From NCBI GenBank assembly GCA_965250285.1, contig OZ252299.1, positions 416,001 to 480,000 of the forward strand: a DNA stretch of 64,000 nt, written 5' to 3'. Below are positions 49,501 to 63,858 of the stretch, one piece after another (positions within the stretch are counted from its first letter, which is position 1; every line of letters begins with the position of its first letter). Made by a program: the position numbers and the translations under genes. Source of the stretch: Myxococcota bacterium. GTDB lineage: Bacteria > Myxococcota_A > UBA9160 > UBA4427. The notes under the pieces were generated by a model. It was not told the origin of the DNA, did not search any database, and saw only the letters and a program-made list of their open reading frames with translations.

Positions 49501-52500
49501 CCGTCCCGATCGTCGGCGTCCCCGAAATCGCAGGTTTCGCCGGCATCGAGGATCGCGTTGCCGCACTCGGCGAAGCCGCTCGACAGGAACGCCGTCCAGA
49601 CGCTGCCGCGATCGTCGTCCCCGTCGAGTGGAGCACCGGCGACCAGCTCTGGAGCCCCGTCTCCGTCGAGGTCGGGCGAGATGGCGAGCCCGGCGCCAAG
49701 CCACTCCGAGCCGAGCGCGAGACGTCCGTTGGCTGCGTCGAAGAGCGGGAGCGGTGTCAGGCTCACGACGGGGTAGGTGATCACGAGCGTGTTGTTCACG
49801 ATCTCGACGTTCACGTCCGATTCGAGTACCCAGACCTGCCCAGTGCCCGAGCCGTTCGTCGAATCGGTCCGAGCGCCGACCGCGAGGTCGACGCGCCCGT
49901 TGCCGGTGAAGTCTCCAAGCGGCGTGATCGACGAGCCGAAGCCCGCTCCACTCGGGCTGGACAGGTCGAAGGTGATGTCGGTCGGGTCCTCTCGCCCCCC
50001 GTCCGCCTTCAGGAACATCACCTCGACTTGATTCGAGCCAGGCCGTCCCAGGGCGAGGTCAACCGTCGACTCATTGCTCCGGTTGAAGTCGCCCACGTTG
50101 GCGAGGGACTCGATCCCCCCGTCTTCGATGTGCTCGACGTACTCTCGAATCGAGCCGTCCCGATCGAGGAAGAGGATGTGGATCGCAGTGCTGACAGTGC
50201 CCGACAGACCGACGGCGAGATCGGGTACGCCATCCCCGTCGATGTCACCCAGGCCGGCTGCCGACGATCCGAAGCCAAAGAAGGGTGGGACGACCGCTGT
50301 GAATCGACCCAGGCCCGGGCCGATGGGCGTCGCGTCTCGCACCGTGCCGTCGGCGTTGAGAAACAGGATATGAACGCGGCCGTCCTGGTCCACGATGGTC
50401 GAGTGATCTGGCGAGCCCACTGCGACGTCGGGGATGCCGTCGCCGTCGACGTCGCCGACGGCCACGACGGAGGTGCCGAAGCGGCTCGCGGCGTCGAGGT
50501 CGGCGAGCGCCGGCTCGATCGAGGCGACGATCTTGTGCGAAGAGATGGGCGAGCCATCTGGCCCGCGGCGCACGACCCAGATGGCTCCGTCGTCAGCGCC
50601 GTCCTGGGGCGCACCGATCGCGACATCCGTCGTCCCGTTCGCATCGAGGTCGCCGAGATCGGCGACTGAGCCGCCGAAGAGATCTCCGTTGGCCGAGACG
50701 CCGAGATCGAGATTCTCGAGCTCGAGCAATAGGGGGATCGAAGCGTCGCCGCTCGGCCGGGCGAGGATCAAGCCAGGATCGGTGTCTGCGAAGTCGGTGA
50801 GGATGCCACCCACGACGAGTGTGCCGCCGAGGTTGGCGGCGGAAACACCCTTGGCGGAGAGGGTCGGATCGGCCGAGATGGCAGCCGCGAGCGCAGCTGC
50901 GATCTGGTCGCCCGAGTCTCCGGCCGTGGTCGGAATGCTGATCTGCACCCCCTCGACGACGACGTCGACGACGCCTCCGCCGAGGGCCTGGCCGAACACG
51001 TCCAGTTGCTGCTCGAGCCGGCAGGTCGAGCTGCATCCATCGAGCGCTGCGGGGTTGCCATCATCGCAGGCTTCGATCGGCTCCAGCACGCCATTGCCAC
51101 ACGCCCCATCCGCGCCCGCGACCTCGACGATCCACAGCGCACCGCGATCGACGTCCAGACCATCATCGCCGGGTGCGCCGATGGCCAAAGAAGGGAGCGT
51201 GTCACCGTCGAGGTCGCCCAAACCGGCGAGTGCACGGCCGAAATGATCGAAATCGGCGAGGCTGCCTACGAAGCCACCGTTCGCTTCGGTGATCTTGCGC
51301 GTCTCGGTCGCCTGTCCGTCGGCTGAGAGCGAGATCAGATAGACGGCTCCGGCTTCCGCCCCCGCCTCACTGTCGCGCTCGGCCCCGACCGCGAGCTCGA
51401 GTTGCCCGTCTCCGTCGATGTCGCCGAGTCGACCGAGTCCCGAGCCGAACCCGCCCTCGTTCGAGACCACTCCATTGAAGCCACCCTGGCCGGCGCCGAT
51501 GCGCTGTTCAGCGGACACGTTTCCCGAGCTGTCGAGAAACAGGATCCACACCGTCCCCGATGCCGATGCGAACTGTCGCCCCGGGCCCCCGATGGCAACG
51601 TCGTTCACGCCGTCGCCATTGAGATCGCCGACGCCGACGACGGACGAGCCGAACGCGGTGTCGCCCGGAATGACCTGAGGCAGCGCGAACCCGCCGATGT
51701 CGACGCTCGTGCGCACCATGCCGCTCGGCTCGAGGAAGAGCAGCCACGCACCGCCCGAGAGAAAGCCCGTCGTCGACGAGCTGGGCGCACCCACGACCAG
51801 CTCGGGTACACCGTCGCCGTCGATGTCGCCCGGCGAGCCGACAGCGGCCCCGAACTCGACGCCGGGGCTGAGCAGCCCCGTGAACCCGCCCTCGCCACCG
51901 CCGCGGGCGCTGATCTCGAGATGATCGAGGACGCTCCCGTCGGCGGCGAGATAGACCAGCCAGACGGCGCCTTCTTCGTTGAAGCCGTCCGCAGTCGCGG
52001 GCGCGCCAACCGCGATGTCGGGGACGCCGTTGCCGTCGAGATCGCCCATCCCCGCGACGCCGGCTCCGAATCGGCGGATGTCGACGCCGGTGGCGAAGCC
52101 GCCGATTCCTTCGGCGATCGACGTCTCAGAGGCGACGGTGCCGTCCGCGTTCATGAACAGGATGCGGACGAGCCCGCGATCGACTCCCGCGTCGTCGTCG
52201 AGCGGGCTGCCCACGGCGAGATCGTCGACGCCGTCGCCATCCACGTCTCCGATCCATGCGACCGACGATGCAAAAGCTTCGCCCGCCTCGAGGACGGCAC
52301 CCAACCCGCCGGCGTTGTCGGCGATTCGAACCTCGTCCACCACATCACCGAGCGCGAACACGATCTCGGCGCCCGAGTCGCTGCTTTCGGGCGCGAGGAT
52401 GACTCCATCGGTATAGAGGCGGTCCCCGAACGTCGTTGCTGCGACGCCTTGGTTCTGGAGAGTCGGATCGTTGTTGATCGCACTCGCGAGGGCGGATGCA

Positions 52501-54692
52501 ATCGCACTGGGCCCCGCTCCAAGACCGGGCGTGATCGCGATGAGGACAGCGTCGACCGTGACCTCGATCAGACCATCGCCCGCACCTTGCCCGAGGAGCA
52601 GCGCTGATGTCTGATCTCGACACGACGCGCTGCAGGCGTCGCCTTCGAAGAGCCCCCCGTCGTCACACTCTTCGCTCGGGTCGAGTACCCCATCGCCGCA
52701 GACCTCAACCGAGCCAATGAGCGACGCCGTATAGGCCGCGCCTGCGTTTGCACCGTTCGCATCGAACGCTGGATCCGTCCATGCGAGCTCGCTCACCCCG
52801 TCGCCATCGAGATCGCCGAGTGCTGCGAGGCCCAATCCACGATCGCCACTGCCCGGTGTATCGAACACCTCGGTCGCGATGACGGTGCCGCCGGGCCCGG
52901 TGGACACGAGCATGAAGCCGTCCCGGGGTGCGAGCGAGCCCACGAAGTCGGAGAACCCATTGCCGTCGAGATCGCCGATCGACGCCAGAGAAGCGCCGAA
53001 TGCGTCGTTGGAAAGGAGCGGGATGCCGGGACCGGAGCAGGTGGGGCCGGTGCAATCGGTGCTGTACTTATAGGCAGCGTTGACGCCACCGCCCGTGTCG
53101 AGGAGCACGATGTACGATGCACCGCGGCTGGTGTCGGTCGGCGCACCGATCATCAGATCGGGTGTGCCATCGCCGTCGTAATCGCCGAGCTCGGCGGGTC
53201 GTGAGAAGCCGTCGTCGACCCCGGGTGTTTGACTGAATCCGAGGGTGAGAAACGCGGGCTCCGTGCCGTCGATGACGGTTGAAGAGCGGACCGTGCCGTC
53301 GCGACGCATGAAGAGGATGTGCACGACGCTGGGGTTCAGGAAGCCCAAGACCCCGTCGGCTCCCTGGCCCACCGCGATTTCGGTGACGCCGTCGCCGTCG
53401 ACGTCTCCGACGCGCGCGATCGCCTTGCCGAATCGGTCGTTCATTCCGAACGCTGCGGCGGGCAGGCCGCCCGAGCCGTTGGCGATCTTGATGTGCTCGC
53501 GGACCGTTCCGTTCGCATTCATGAAGAGGATGTAGACCGCGCCTGAATCGGAGAAGTCCGTATCGTCGCTGGGCGCACCGACGGCGAGATCGACCACGCC
53601 ATCTCCGTCGAGATCGCCGATGCCCGCCACTGCGCGGCCAAACTCGTCGTCATCGTCGAGTACGCTCGCGAGCCCGCCGATCCCGTTCGAGATCTTCGTC
53701 GTCGCGAGTACTTCGCCGACCGCATCCAGGTTGATGACGTAGATCGCGCCGCGATCGTTCTGGCCAGGAGCCGGGTCGTCGCCGGCCGCACCGATCACCA
53801 CATCGTCGAAGCCGTCACCGTCGAGGTCGCCGATCCCCGTCGCATCCGAGCCGAACTCGTCGCCGGCATCGAGGGGATTGCCGAAGTTGGCGACGTTGTT
53901 GATGATCTCGAACTCGGCACCGACGAAGACAGCGTCGGCAGGCTGTGAAAGTGCGAGGGCGCCGATGAAGACGAGGAGTCCGTTTGCAACTCTTGATCGG
54001 TGATGGCAGCGCGAAGAGCGGCGCACACGTGCGATGACCAAGAGCCCGAGCAGACCCGCTGTGAGCAGCGTGCCGAGCGTCGGTTCGGGTACCGCGACCG
54101 CGGGCTGGCTGCTCACCAGGACGGTTGGTTCTAGGCGGGCATCGACGCCGAGACTGTCACCGGCGATCACCCACAGCGCCCCGTCGGTGCCGGTGACATC
54201 GACCTGGAGCTCGCCGAGGTAGAGACTGCCCGGCGCCGGCGCGAAGTCGCCGCCGTCCAGGACATTGATTCGTGCGATCCGAATCGAGGTCGCACTCTCG
54301 CGATGTGAGCGCGTTTCGCCCGTAAGCTGGGTGTTGGGGACGAACTGCACGATCGAGAGGCCGCCGGTCGCCTCGATCCGCAGCTGAAAGCCGCAGACTT
54401 CATCTCCCAGCGCATCTTCGCAGACGATCTGATTTCCCGTCGTGAAAGTCGCTTCTGGACCGGTGTGCATTCGGAGCTGAAGTGGAACGAGGCCGGCCTC
54501 TGAAGACACGGTCGTCGGTGCGCCGGTATATGCGGCCCCGCCCAGATTGAGGTAGACGGTTGGGGGCGCGCCGGCCGACGCGTCGCCTTGGAGGAGCATG
54601 AGCCCCGTGAGCACCAGGAGCCCGAGCGATCGGAGCGGCCGACTCAGAGCGGTGCATCGGCACGATCTGAGGCTCGGTCGGCGATGGCCCAC
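40539..54692 (-). CDS. Giant (4717 aa) secreted FG-GAP beta-propeller / Myxococcus Cys-rich repeat protein with internal PEP-CTERM, TSP3 repeats and a dockerin-like C-terminus
   Basis: Uninterrupted ORF; dozens of FG...GDLDGDG..DLAVGAP repeats in 7 blocks; 6 CGDG..D..E.CDDG.....DGCS..C repeats; TSP3 D.D.DG..D..DNC. Confidence 0.92.
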   Translation of the reverse strand: MGHRRPSLRSCRCTALSRPLRSLGLLVLTGLMLLQGDASAGAPPTVYLNLGGAAYTGAPTTVSSEAGLVPLQLRMHTGPEATFTTGNQIVCEDALGDEVCGFQLRIEATGGLSIVQFVPNTQLTGETRSHRESATSIRIARINVLDGGDFAPAPGSLYLGELQVDVTGTDGALWVIAGDSLGVDARLEPTVLVSSQPAVAVPEPTLGTLLTAGLLGLLVIARVRRSSRCHHRSRVANGLLVFIGALALSQPADAVFVGAEFEIINNVANFGNPLDAGDEFGSDATGIGDLDGDGFDDVVIGAAGDDPAPGQNDRGAIYVINLDAVGEVLATTKISNGIGGLASVLDDDDEFGRAVAGIGDLDGDGVVDLAVGAPSDDTDFSDSGAVYILFMNANGTVREHIKIANGSGGLPAAAFGMNDRFGKAIARVGDVDGDGVTEIAVGQGADGVLGFLNPSVVHILFMRRDGTVRSSTVIDGTEPAFLTLGFSQTPGVDDGFSRPAELGDYDGDGTPDLMIGAPTDTSRGASYIVLLDTGGGVNAAYKYSTDCTGPTCSGPGIPLLSNDAFGASLASIGDLDGNGFSDFVGSLAPRDGFMLVSTGPGGTVIATEVFDTPGSGDRGLGLAALGDLDGDGVSELAWTDPAFDANGANAGAAYTASLIGSVEVCGDGVLDPSEECDDGGLFEGDACSASCRDQTSALLLGQGAGDGLIEVTVDAVLIAITPGLGAGPSAIASALASAINNDPTLQNQGVAATTFGDRLYTDGVILAPESSDSGAEIVFALGDVVDEVRIADNAGGLGAVLEAGEAFASSVAWIGDVDGDGVDDLAVGSPLDDDAGVDRGLVRILFMNADGTVASETSIAEGIGGFATGVDIRRFGAGVAGMGDLDGNGVPDIAVGAPATADGFNEEGAVWLVYLAADGSVLDHLEISARGGGEGGFTGLLSPGVEFGAAVGSPGDIDGDGVPELVVGAPSSSTTGFLSGGAWLLFLEPSGMVRTSVDIGGFALPQVIPGDTAFGSSVVGVGDLNGDGVNDVAIGGPGRQFASASGTVWILFLDSSGNVSAEQRIGAGQGGFNGVVSNEGGFGSGLGRLGDIDGDGQLELAVGAERDSEAGAEAGAVYLISLSADGQATETRKITEANGGFVGSLADFDHFGRALAGLGDLDGDTLPSLAIGAPGDDGLDVDRGALWIVEVAGADGACGNGVLEPIEACDDGNPAALDGCSSTCRLEQQLDVFGQALGGGVVDVVVEGVQISIPTTAGDSGDQIAAALAAAISADPTLSAKGVSAANLGGTLVVGGILTDFADTDPGLILARPSGDASIPLLLELENLDLGVSANGDLFGGSVADLGDLDANGTTDVAIGAPQDGADDGAIWVVRRGPDGSPISSHKIVASIEPALADLDAASRFGTSVVAVGDVDGDGIPDVAVGSPDHSTIVDQDGRVHILFLNADGTVRDATPIGPGLGRFTAVVPPFFGFGSSAAGLGDIDGDGVPDLAVGLSGTVSTAIHILFLDRDGSIREYVEHIEDGGIESLANVGDFNRSNESTVDLALGRPGSNQVEVMFLKADGGREDPTDITFDLSSPSGAGFGSSITPLGDFTGNGRVDLAVGARTDSTNGSGTGQVWVLESDVNVEIVNNTLVITYPVVSLTPLPLFDAANGRLALGSEWLGAGLAISPDLDGDGAPELVAGAPLDGDDDRGSVWTAFLSSGFAECGNAILDAGETCDFGDADDRDGCSAFCQTEATVDLLGIGTGSGLVQLDIAGQVISIAPLLDESGESIAAALVDAVHADITLASRGVRATHFRERLYVSGGALTDAASTDPGVTALSAFGRVLEERKISNAGGLGGIIDATHEFGSAVALIGDVDGDGVDDLAVGQSQANDGQPNNGGLFVLFMNADGSVRSEIELVTGAPGFPAPFDHGTLGASLTGIGDLNRDGVPDLAVGAPFDGPGLGGSVWIYFLAPDGTVAGSAVIGEGLAGFGGNLDVGDEFGRSVAFLGDLDGDDRPELAIGAPGDDDDDAGAPQTGPDRGALWIVSLSQTGNVERESKLSNLTNNANDPNNCYPQTFRRTRFGESLAVIGDPDGGSRNLLAVGSTGALPGVSTGELPGLIAILELDSTGLCVERSSVRGYAHALASLGDLDGDGVPELADGGPFEDQGGTSRGALLIHSLGRDNFTPFGGTDPIEIADSNRERNIISTLFGRFAGPLADGDGFGASVASVGDLDGDGWPELAVGAPRADDGGQNESGAVWLLDIDGLGPACGNGILDAAEACDDGNTMSGDRCSATCQQEEWLVVDGAPTGGSASLLVDGVDISVSTFAGDTPDDVAARLAAAIVADGTLGVRGVEALADGNRLVVGGAVLESNGTTDPGLIGLDVGMIRSVVKLSDTRGELSGPGNPGGLLASDDRLGVSIDGADLDRDGVPDMIVGAYTTDDGFTDAGAIFIVLMNADGTVKSETKLSATSGNLGAVFAASGYSLGAGHFLGLGVAYLGDLDGPGPSAYAIAVGASGDAEGAVYILFMAADSSTVLSAMKLADGEGGIPANTLGAGDFFGHDVGAAGDIDGDGVGDLVVGAPFDDFYPTDGGAVWVVFLDRTGRARLDLAPQRVVAQFVNGGDQFGTVVEPLGDIDGDGRIEIASCAYTDEPPGFSNTGSIKIISLNPDGTAAKYFETIRPGQGGFPLGFVESDDRLCAGLTLLPDLDGDGDNEIAAGANRDDDGGGQAGAAYVLFLNPASTANPVTSVVKLGPQNPELAGEIDPDDRFGYGLTALPSLDGLGGPLLAVGAFYDDDGTGSNTGAVYLIELDGGTAVCGDGRIDPVEACDDGGNVEGDGCSSICEPETHLAISGLATGGTVNIALLGEPISIVTSPGDTGPDVASALASAIASDPVLGTKRLTAFASGETLVLSGVSVTSSSTTDSGLLGLELGTVTDIRKISDTSGGLSGPGDPGGLLTAFASFGRSTAGLGDIDGDGTTEVAVGLPAAGGSGSGQLRILSLATDGEIVRQLLLPSVESGFTGPIEIGDAFGGAVAALGDVDGDGIVDLGVGAVGDDGESGTNTRTGAVWVLFLQSSGPGDLSVRDHVLINADEGGLSEAIAAAGLTLDVSDRFGESIEAVGDLDRDGGLEIAVGAYGDADGATEAGAVYMLSLHGPGHPEVGSVESLVKYSATEGGFGGSLTTTDHFGDAIAYLGDIGHDGLVELAVAARNDDGAAPAGSNLGSIWMLSVDPETKQVVDEFRIGSGLGGFPDVLTSSTFFGLGLDRLGDLDGNGVTDLIAGAYNDDTAGTNRGAFWLLFLDELGRVMRSERITEGLGGFDASLLDGDSLGRWPASIGDLDGDGRREIVVGAFADDDGQTNAGAVYVMSVDGREALCGDGALDPTETCDDGNLLDGDGCSSACRGEESALFLGYPAGGSVDVRVDGVTVSVLARNGFGADQLARDAADAILADPTLQTRGVWADARPGGRLVVGGRLAVDAANEPGVTAARFSLQPEQTIVLLGGNAVGGRIEIIVDDVTIELDTSTGDSTFDVTAQIAAAINANPELQARDITASANVNVITVTAESFSIDVDDDPAIRVAAQFPGLQSALSEGVPIPRPKQVNQVSGTFVSLTLEADAGFGRSAVALDDLNGDGLVEVAVGAPGARDGRGAVFIVSPNGFGQIVSALDVEISDSSGGLTGAFDPGGLLSTTDRFGTAVASPGDLDGDGLSDLIVGAPRDVAGKGAVYVLFMEPDRTVRSFQRINDSDGSFAGSLDVGDRFGGALATPGDLDGDDVPDLLVGASGDDDGGPDQGAVWILYMNASGTVKSHAKLTGQDFPGDVGPFDALGFSVTSLGDLDRDGGADIAIAAPGDDATNASNAGAVYIVSLALDETVASYRKISSNQGLVFPVSRVLIPPDARIGTSLAFLPDADDATSRGTLAIGSELFPNPSCAPFEPTFLCPAPPPFEATGGLIFVPLDDDGSIRGASTVQNTRGSAVGTINPIDLGDWRSNGLGSAVAPLGDIDGDDVLDLFVGAAMGGPSGGSPPQGSGNGFIMLMQGADSTIFADAVVDVEGAVVDPTFALGAPTDDPEELAGAVAWQFPWAELPQGSRLTLQFVDNVIRGSGTNDPDFCVYVGTNGLSSDFLRPFSVEYSADGSNWFSGTMQEITGCAAAVDVDGDGHGFDATDAFRFVRLTGNDHSGLPARIDAIEALTTRSMVRDSDFDGLPDGLDNCAFLYNPSQVDGDSDGVGDVCDNCPLASNSDQLDEDGDGIGDVCENGFLNLEQIGDAADPAFRLTLTCPGSSPPTEIQTGIAIPPEYPGAPVFTEDATNVSLATVVPPPAPNPGARGDTLYLDLDLVACPPLAEINLGEVSLNPDPGGSLPDAYLTQQGVADVFPVPEPTDGGLITIVSYIASQSCGLACPPPPPGDLPPVDIRIGPAPGQDPIAATEYDVCFSYAEPLHRIAVGVALPDGYATSAETISLSGCDATPQDYGGGVDQRSCGAGSLPGVQTGLDVNGDPISFTVDPLDPASATAAGLLPDVFYIVLEGNLPWLLGGTTLGYGTDSALNCVGRITLSSPVSGTLSLTDGRVEELPYHDGVGVSLLAAVDQSALERAELTSFFNAAPDQDGDGIQNDGDRCIFEPDPTNADTGALLGTAPIVDGIGDACQCGDTDETGAVFGPPVEDDVDKLWDFVLGIDLDPAVADLGSVVGGPEIDIRDIAVLQRAVAGLGTPLRGVCAKAVPE
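44514..52700 (-). repeat. Six Myxococcus cysteine-rich repeats marking 1.5-1.7 kb intragenic super-repeats
   Basis: First Cys codons begin at 52700, 51101, 49565, 47921, 46277 and 44597 on the minus strand (spacings 1599, 1536, 1644, 1644, 1680 nt). Confidence 0.88.
53931..54092 (-). other. Internal PEP-CTERM sorting motif followed by a second Sec signal peptide (residues 201-254)
   Basis: [25 protein letters not shown] then [29 protein letters not shown]. Confidence 0.8.
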
Positions 54693-54739
54693 TCGGCTAA
54701 GTCTCGGCGATTCGATCGGCGGCGCTCCCGTGCAGTGTC

Positions 54740-56548
54740 ATGTCAGGCATCGCGGCCCGCAGCGCGACACCGCTCACTGTACCCGGATTGGCGCCCCACT
54801 TGTCTGAACTTGTCGTGATCAGTCTCTGCCGCTGGGCGCTCTCGTGCACACGACGGTGTGGGGTGGCGTCCGGGCTGGTGGCGACTCTCATGAGTTGCGC
54901 ATTTGCAAGCGGCGCCGACGCCCAGCCCCTGCCCAATCCGCGGGTTCTGCCGGGCAATGAGCAGCCCCCGGAACTCGAGCCCGCGCCCACGCCTCGGGCC
55001 CCTTCGCTGTTACCCCCGGCTCCATCTCCCGAGGGGGGCGCTGATCCGTTCTCCGATGTCCAGATTTTCGTCTGGGTCGATGCCATCGAGATTCGAGGGA
55101 ACACGGTTCTGCCGCCGCGCGTGCTCGTGCAAGAGACCCGGCCCTTCGTGGGAAGACGGGTTTCGAACGCCGATCTGCTCGATCTCCAGCGTCGGCTGAC
55201 ACGGCTCTATGTCTCGGCCGGCTATGTCACGTCGTTCGTGCGGATCCCAGATCAGGATCTCGGTGAAGGTGTCATTCGATTCGACGTCGTCGAGGGAAGG
55301 CTCGCCGAGACCCGAATCACCGGCCTGAAGACGCTCGCAGCTCGGTATGTCCAGGTGCGACTGGTCCCCGATCCCGATGCTCCGCTCGATGTTGCGAGCC
55401 TCGAGCGGAGGCTCGATGCGTTGCAGCTCGATCCCCGGATCGATTCGGTCCAGGCGCGGATCTCGGCCACGGCTCATCCAGGGTTTTCAGCACTCGAAGT
55501 TCACGTCGTCGAGTCTGATCGTTGGCGAGCGCAGCTCGTCGTGGCCAATGACCGCCCGCCCGCGATCGGCCAGACGAACGGGCGGATCGGCTTGGGCTAC
55601 TCGAACGTGAGCGGCTATGGCGACGACACTGTGGCCACGGGCGTGTTCAGCCAGGGGTTGAACGAGATCGCGGTGACGACCACGGTGCCGGTCAATCGAT
55701 TCGATACGTCGGTCGGCGCGCAAGGGCGATTCGTCGACAGCGAGATCGTGACATCGGTCTTCGCCGATGACGACATCGCGGCGCGCTTCTGGAGCGTCAG
55801 CTTGCTGTTGAAACAACCGATCGTCCAGACGACGAAACTGCAGTGGGATGTCGGGCTCGTCGGGGAGCTGCGGCAGACCACGAGTACGCTGGGCGGCGAG
55901 CCCTTCAACACGAGCCAGGCTTCGGTCGATGGCCGGCTGCGCGTTTCGGTGCTTCGATTCACGACAGACCTCGTCTATCGCGATCTCAGTCAAGTATTGG
56001 CTGTGCGCACCGTCCTCAGCGTGGGGCTACCGATTCTCGGCGCGTCCACGTCGGCGAACGGTGTCGACGATACGCGGTTCACGAGCTGGCTCGGTCAGAT
56101 GCAATGGGCTCGTCGGTTGCCATGGTGGCACGTGGAGGTGCTCTCGCGCTTCGATTGGCAGTTGGCTTGGGATCCGCTGCCGCCGATCGAGCGGTTCGCT
56201 GTCGGAGGCGTGCGCTCGGTGCGGGGCTACACCGAGAACCGCCTCGTTCGCGACAACGGCTTCAGCGCCACGTTCGAGACTCGGCTACCGGTGATTCGAA
56301 GCCCCGAGTTTGGGTCGAAGCTCTCGTTGGCGGCCTTCGTCGATGGCGGGCGGTCGTGGTCGCGGGATCGCGGGCCGACGGTTGGGCCGCAGAATCTCGC
56401 GGGCGCAGGTCTGGGGCTGCTCGCGTCTCCGACTTCATGGTTCGACGCGCGCTTGTACTGGGGCGCTCAGCTGATCTCAGTCGAGCAGAATCAGGCGGGG
56501 CTGCAGGGGCAGGGCGTGTACTTCTCGCTCACCATGCGGCGGGAGTGA
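54740..56548 (+). CDS. ShlB/FhaC/HecB family (TpsB, Omp85) secretion protein
   Basis: POTRA (I.GNTVL, LY...GYVTS, V.EG.L), beta-barrel with GG..SVRGY and DNG motifs; start uncertain (54740/54815). Confidence 0.9.
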   Translation: MSGIAARSATPLTVPGLAPHLSELVVISLCRWALSCTRRCGVASGLVATLMSCAFASGADAQPLPNPRVLPGNEQPPELEPAPTPRAPSLLPPAPSPEGGADPFSDVQIFVWVDAIEIRGNTVLPPRVLVQETRPFVGRRVSNADLLDLQRRLTRLYVSAGYVTSFVRIPDQDLGEGVIRFDVVEGRLAETRITGLKTLAARYVQVRLVPDPDAPLDVASLERRLDALQLDPRIDSVQARISATAHPGFSALEVHVVESDRWRAQLVVANDRPPAIGQTNGRIGLGYSNVSGYGDDTVATGVFSQGLNEIAVTTTVPVNRFDTSVGAQGRFVDSEIVTSVFADDDIAARFWSVSLLLKQPIVQTTKLQWDVGLVGELRQTTSTLGGEPFNTSQASVDGRLRVSVLRFTTDLVYRDLSQVLAVRTVLSVGLPILGASTSANGVDDTRFTSWLGQMQWARRLPWWHVEVLSRFDWQLAWDPLPPIERFAVGGVRSVRGYTENRLVRDNGFSATFETRLPVIRSPEFGSKLSLAAFVDGGRSWSRDRGPTVGPQNLAGAGLGLLASPTSWFDARLYWGAQLISVEQNQAGLQGQGVYFSLTMRRE

Positions 56549-56607
56549 GCCTTTCATCGGGTGGCCTCTTGGCTCGGGGGGCAATGCCACGCTGATCAGT
56601 GCGGTGC

Positions 56608-60294
<3,687 letters not shown>

Positions 60295-60441
60295 GGTCGG
60301 GCTCCGTGGCGATGGGGTGCCGTGACGTCGGGGTCGATGCGCGTCGCGGCTGTCTGGGCGGCCGATGGCCACCGAGGGTAGGGGGCCGAGCGAGCGGACG
60401 CGGGCCACGCGCAACCCCCCGGATCGGCTCGCGAAGCGCGG

Positions 60442-60473
60442 AGCCTAACAGATTCATCAGGATATCTCAATGC
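60442..60473 (-). promoter_or_regulatory. metH promoter (TTGAGA-N17-TAGGCT, extended -10) overlapped by a candidate SahR/SamR-type operator CATCAGGATATCTCAATG
   Basis: AT-rich island; imperfect palindrome 60455-60472 centred on GATATC, covering the -35 element. Confidence 0.55.
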
Positions 60474-60803
60474 AAGGATGTACAGATTGCCCCGAGGGGC
60501 CAATCGCCCGAGCCTCTGCGCCGCCGTCGCTGCGCTGCGTGTCCGCGTCGGTCCCGGGTCGCGTCGCCGGGTCGGCTCAATGAGCGGGGCCGATGGGAAC
60601 CATTCGGATCGCGACCCGCCCTCTGTGTTCGGTGCAGCGGTCTGCGATCGCCCCTCATCCGCGATGCGCATCCGCCCGGATGGGCCCCGTATCGGGTGGT
60701 TTGCGGCCATTCGGGAACCATCCGGATACCGCGCCGAGACGTCGATGGGATAAGGTGGGGCGATCGCCGCGCCCGTTCGACCCAGGCGATCCGGAGCCCG
60801 TCC

Positions 60804-63800
60804 CTGCGCGCCCAAGTCTCCTTCTTCCTTCTATTACTCTGTTTCTTCCTCTCCGGTCTCGCCGCGCTCATGTACGAGACGGCCTGGACCCGTGAGTTCG
60901 CGTTCGTCTTCGGGACGTCGGAGCTCGCGGTGTCGGCCGTGCTCGCCGCCTACATGACGGGGCTTGCGTCGGGGGCCGCGTTGGCGGCCCGCCTGGCGCC
61001 GCGGCTGACCCGGCCGGTCCTGGCCTACGGGCTGCTCGAGCTGGGGATCGCCCTCGGCGCGCTCGCCGTCCCCTTCGGCATTCGCGCGCTCACCGGCCTC
61101 TACACCGGCTGGCTCGGCGGCCTCGATGCGCCGCCCGAGACGATCGGTCTCGCCACCGCGCTCTTCCATCTCTTCGGTGCGTTCGTGGTGATGGTGCCGT
61201 GCACGGCGATGATGGGCGCGACGCTGCCGCTCCTCGCGCGGCATGCCGTCCGCAATGACGACGAGATCGGACCGCGGATCGGCATTCTCTACGGTGTGAA
61301 CACGGCCGGCGCCATCGGCGGCGCGCTGCTCGCGGCGTTCGTGCTGCTGCCGGCGCTCGGGCTGCGCCAGACGATCTACGTCGCCGCCGGCGTCAACTTT
61401 CTCGTCTTCGTCGCCGCGGCGCTCCTCGCGCGCACGGTTCCGGCCGTCGAGCCCGAGGTCGGATCGGTGGCACCCGAGTCGAGCGGCGCAGGGCGTTGGA
61501 TCCTGCCGCTCATGGCGGCGAGCGGGGCGATCTCGTTCGTCTACGAAGTGATGTGGGTGCGGCTGCTCGGCTTCTTGATGGGCGGGAGCACGGCGGCGTT
61601 CGCGACGATGCTCGCATCGTTCCTGGTCGGCATCGCCGGGGGCAGCGCAGTTGCGTCGCGGCTCGCCCGCACGCCACGTGCGGCGGCGGTCGGTTTCGTC
61701 GTAGTGCAGATGGGCGCGGCGATCTCGGCCCGGCTGGCGTTCGCGCTCGCAGATCGGCTCCCTCAGATCGCCACCACCTTCGGCGTATCGCCCGAACGCA
61801 TGGCTCCGGGTGCGCTCATGGCGATCTTCGTGCTCTTGCCCTTCACGCTGTGCATCGGCGCCACGTTCCCATTCGCCGTGCGCGTGCACGCCCAGCACGC
61901 CGACGATGCGGCGCCCGCGAGCGCGCGGGTCTACGCCTGGAACACGGTCGGCTCGGTGGTCGGGTCTGTGGCTGCGGGCTTCTGGCTCTTGCCGAGCTTC
62001 GGTTACGAAGGGACGGCTGCGCTGGGCGTGCTCGGCAACCTGACGCTGGCCGTCCTCTCTGTCTTCGCTTTCCTTGCGGCGCGAACGCGAGTCGTCGCGC
62101 TCGCCACGGCGGCGGTCGTCGCGCTCGTCGCGGTCGTCGTCTGGCCGCCGGCGACCCCCGCGCGCCTGATGCGCAGCTCACCTCTCTCGCTGCAGCCGCA
62201 CCCCGGCGAGCTGACGTTCCTCGGCGTCGGCCGATCGGCCACCGTCGCGCTGATCGATGCGGGACACAGCTGGCGGCTCACGACCAATGGCCTGCCCGAT
62301 GCCGTGATCAGCAGCTCGGCCGTGCCCTTCGACCGGCAGCGTCCCGCGCGATGGCTCACGCTCTTGCCGGCGATCATGCGACCGCACGCTCGCGATCTGC
62401 TGCTGATCGGTCTCGGCGGCGGCGGCTCGCTCGCGGCGATCACGCCCGGGCTCGAGCGCGTCGACGTGATCGAGCTCGAGCCCGAGGTCGTCGCCGCGAA
62501 CGCTTCGGTCGCCGACATTCGACGTGAAGCCGACCCCCTGGCCGATCCACGGGTGTCGCTCTACCTCGGTGATGCGCGCGGTGCGCTGATGCTGTCGAAT
62601 CGCACGTACGACGCCGTCGTGTCGCAGCCTTCACATCCGTGGACGTCGGGCGCATCGCACCTCTATACGCGCGACTTCTTCGAGCTCGTGCGCGAGCGGC
62701 TCGGCCCCGACGGCGTCTTCGTGCAGTGGATCGGTCTCGCGTTCGTCGACGACGAGCTCGTGCGCAGCCTGTTGGCGACGCTGCAGTCGGTCTTTCCATA
62801 CGTCGAGGCGTACCAGCCCGAGTCGACCGCGCTGCTCTTCGTGGCCTCGAAGGCGCCCCTCGATCCGCTGGCAACGGCGCAGGCGGCCATCGACGCGGGG
62901 CCCGAACCGTTCGCCGTCGTCGGTCTGCACGCGCCGCTCGATGTGGCCCTCGCCCGCGTGCTCGACGACGAAGGCACGCGCGCCGTCTCGTCGGGCGCTG
63001 AGTTGATCACCGACGATCACAATCGGCTCGCGTCTTCGGTGGGGCGGCTGCGCGAGTTCAGGCGCGGCCGGCGGCGGATCGATGCCATGCTCGAGCCGTA
63101 CGACCCGCTGCCGGCCGTCGCCGACACGTTCGACCTCGCGCTGCTCATGCGCGAGGTCGGCGCGCGGCGCCAGATCGCCCGGGGTGAGAAGCTGCTCGCC
63201 GGGTTAGACGAAGCCGATCGCGATCTCGGTCGCGGCTGGGCTCAACTCGAGAACCGACGCCGCTTCGAAGCGGCGCGGAGTTTTCGTCGTTCGCTGGCCC
63301 ATGATCCGAGCTCGAAGAACGCCATGCTCGGGCTCGCCATGCTGGGCGAGTCGGTGGAGTTCACCGAGGGATCTCTCACACCGCGCGAAGAGGCCGTGGT
63401 GGATGCCGTTCGCCTCGAAGCGGCCGGCGACGTCGCCGCGATCGCCCCCCTCGACGACGCGCTCGCCCGCTGGCAACCGGGAGAGCTGCTGTATCCCGAG
63501 GCCGCGCTCGCACGCGCGCATTGGCGTCTCGCCACGGGGGACACCGAGGATGCAGCGGCTGCGCTCGCCATCGTGGACGCGCTCCTGCATCGCCAGCGCA
63601 GCGGGGCAGCCTACCTGGCTCGAACCGAGGCGGCTCGGCGTACCGGCCAGTACGACGTCGCGTGGGTTTCGCTCGAGCGCCTGAGTGAGCTCGGATCGCG
63701 CAAAGCCGAGCGGTCGGACATGGCGAAAGGGATCGCGCTCGGTCGTGCGATGCCCAAGACCGAGCAGTCACCCAAGATCCTTCAGGCCCTTCATAAGAAG

Positions 63801-63824
63801 GCGGCGCAGTTCACGAGCGGTTGA
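60804..63824 (+). CDS. Fused membrane (MFS-like)/spermidine synthase-like protein with TPR-like tail
   Basis: FFLSG..AL.YE..W.R TM repeats; IGLGGG, IELEPEV, GDAR, YD.VVSQPSHPW, LYT.DFF; start uncertain (CTG 60804 after GGAG, or GTG 60696). Confidence 0.87.
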   Translation: MRAQVSFFLLLLCFFLSGLAALMYETAWTREFAFVFGTSELAVSAVLAAYMTGLASGAALAARLAPRLTRPVLAYGLLELGIALGALAVPFGIRALTGLYTGWLGGLDAPPETIGLATALFHLFGAFVVMVPCTAMMGATLPLLARHAVRNDDEIGPRIGILYGVNTAGAIGGALLAAFVLLPALGLRQTIYVAAGVNFLVFVAAALLARTVPAVEPEVGSVAPESSGAGRWILPLMAASGAISFVYEVMWVRLLGFLMGGSTAAFATMLASFLVGIAGGSAVASRLARTPRAAAVGFVVVQMGAAISARLAFALADRLPQIATTFGVSPERMAPGALMAIFVLLPFTLCIGATFPFAVRVHAQHADDAAPASARVYAWNTVGSVVGSVAAGFWLLPSFGYEGTAALGVLGNLTLAVLSVFAFLAARTRVVALATAAVVALVAVVVWPPATPARLMRSSPLSLQPHPGELTFLGVGRSATVALIDAGHSWRLTTNGLPDAVISSSAVPFDRQRPARWLTLLPAIMRPHARDLLLIGLGGGGSLAAITPGLERVDVIELEPEVVAANASVADIRREADPLADPRVSLYLGDARGALMLSNRTYDAVVSQPSHPWTSGASHLYTRDFFELVRERLGPDGVFVQWIGLAFVDDELVRSLLATLQSVFPYVEAYQPESTALLFVASKAPLDPLATAQAAIDAGPEPFAVVGLHAPLDVALARVLDDEGTRAVSSGAELITDDHNRLASSVGRLREFRRGRRRIDAMLEPYDPLPAVADTFDLALLMREVGARRQIARGEKLLAGLDEADRDLGRGWAQLENRRRFEAARSFRRSLAHDPSSKNAMLGLAMLGESVEFTEGSLTPREEAVVDAVRLEAAGDVAAIAPLDDALARWQPGELLYPEAALARAHWRLATGDTEDAAAALAIVDALLHRQRSGAAYLARTEAARRTGQYDVAWVSLERLSELGSRKAERSDMAKGIALGRAMPKTEQSPKILQALHKKAAQFTSG

Positions 63825-63858
63825 GCTCTTGGGCTGTGGCGAGGTCGAAGCTCGATCG

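Noticed and set aside
35276..56548. Genomic island / mobile element (the region looks slightly less GC-biased by eye)
   Set aside because: No integrase, transposase, tRNA or flanking direct repeats seen; the composition shift was not quantified
60295..60445. Possible SAM/SAH/cobalamin riboswitch in the metH leader
   Set aside because: GC-rich hairpins exist but I could not find the conserved cores of SAM-I, SAM-II, SAH or B12 riboswitches; an Infernal/Rfam scan would settle it
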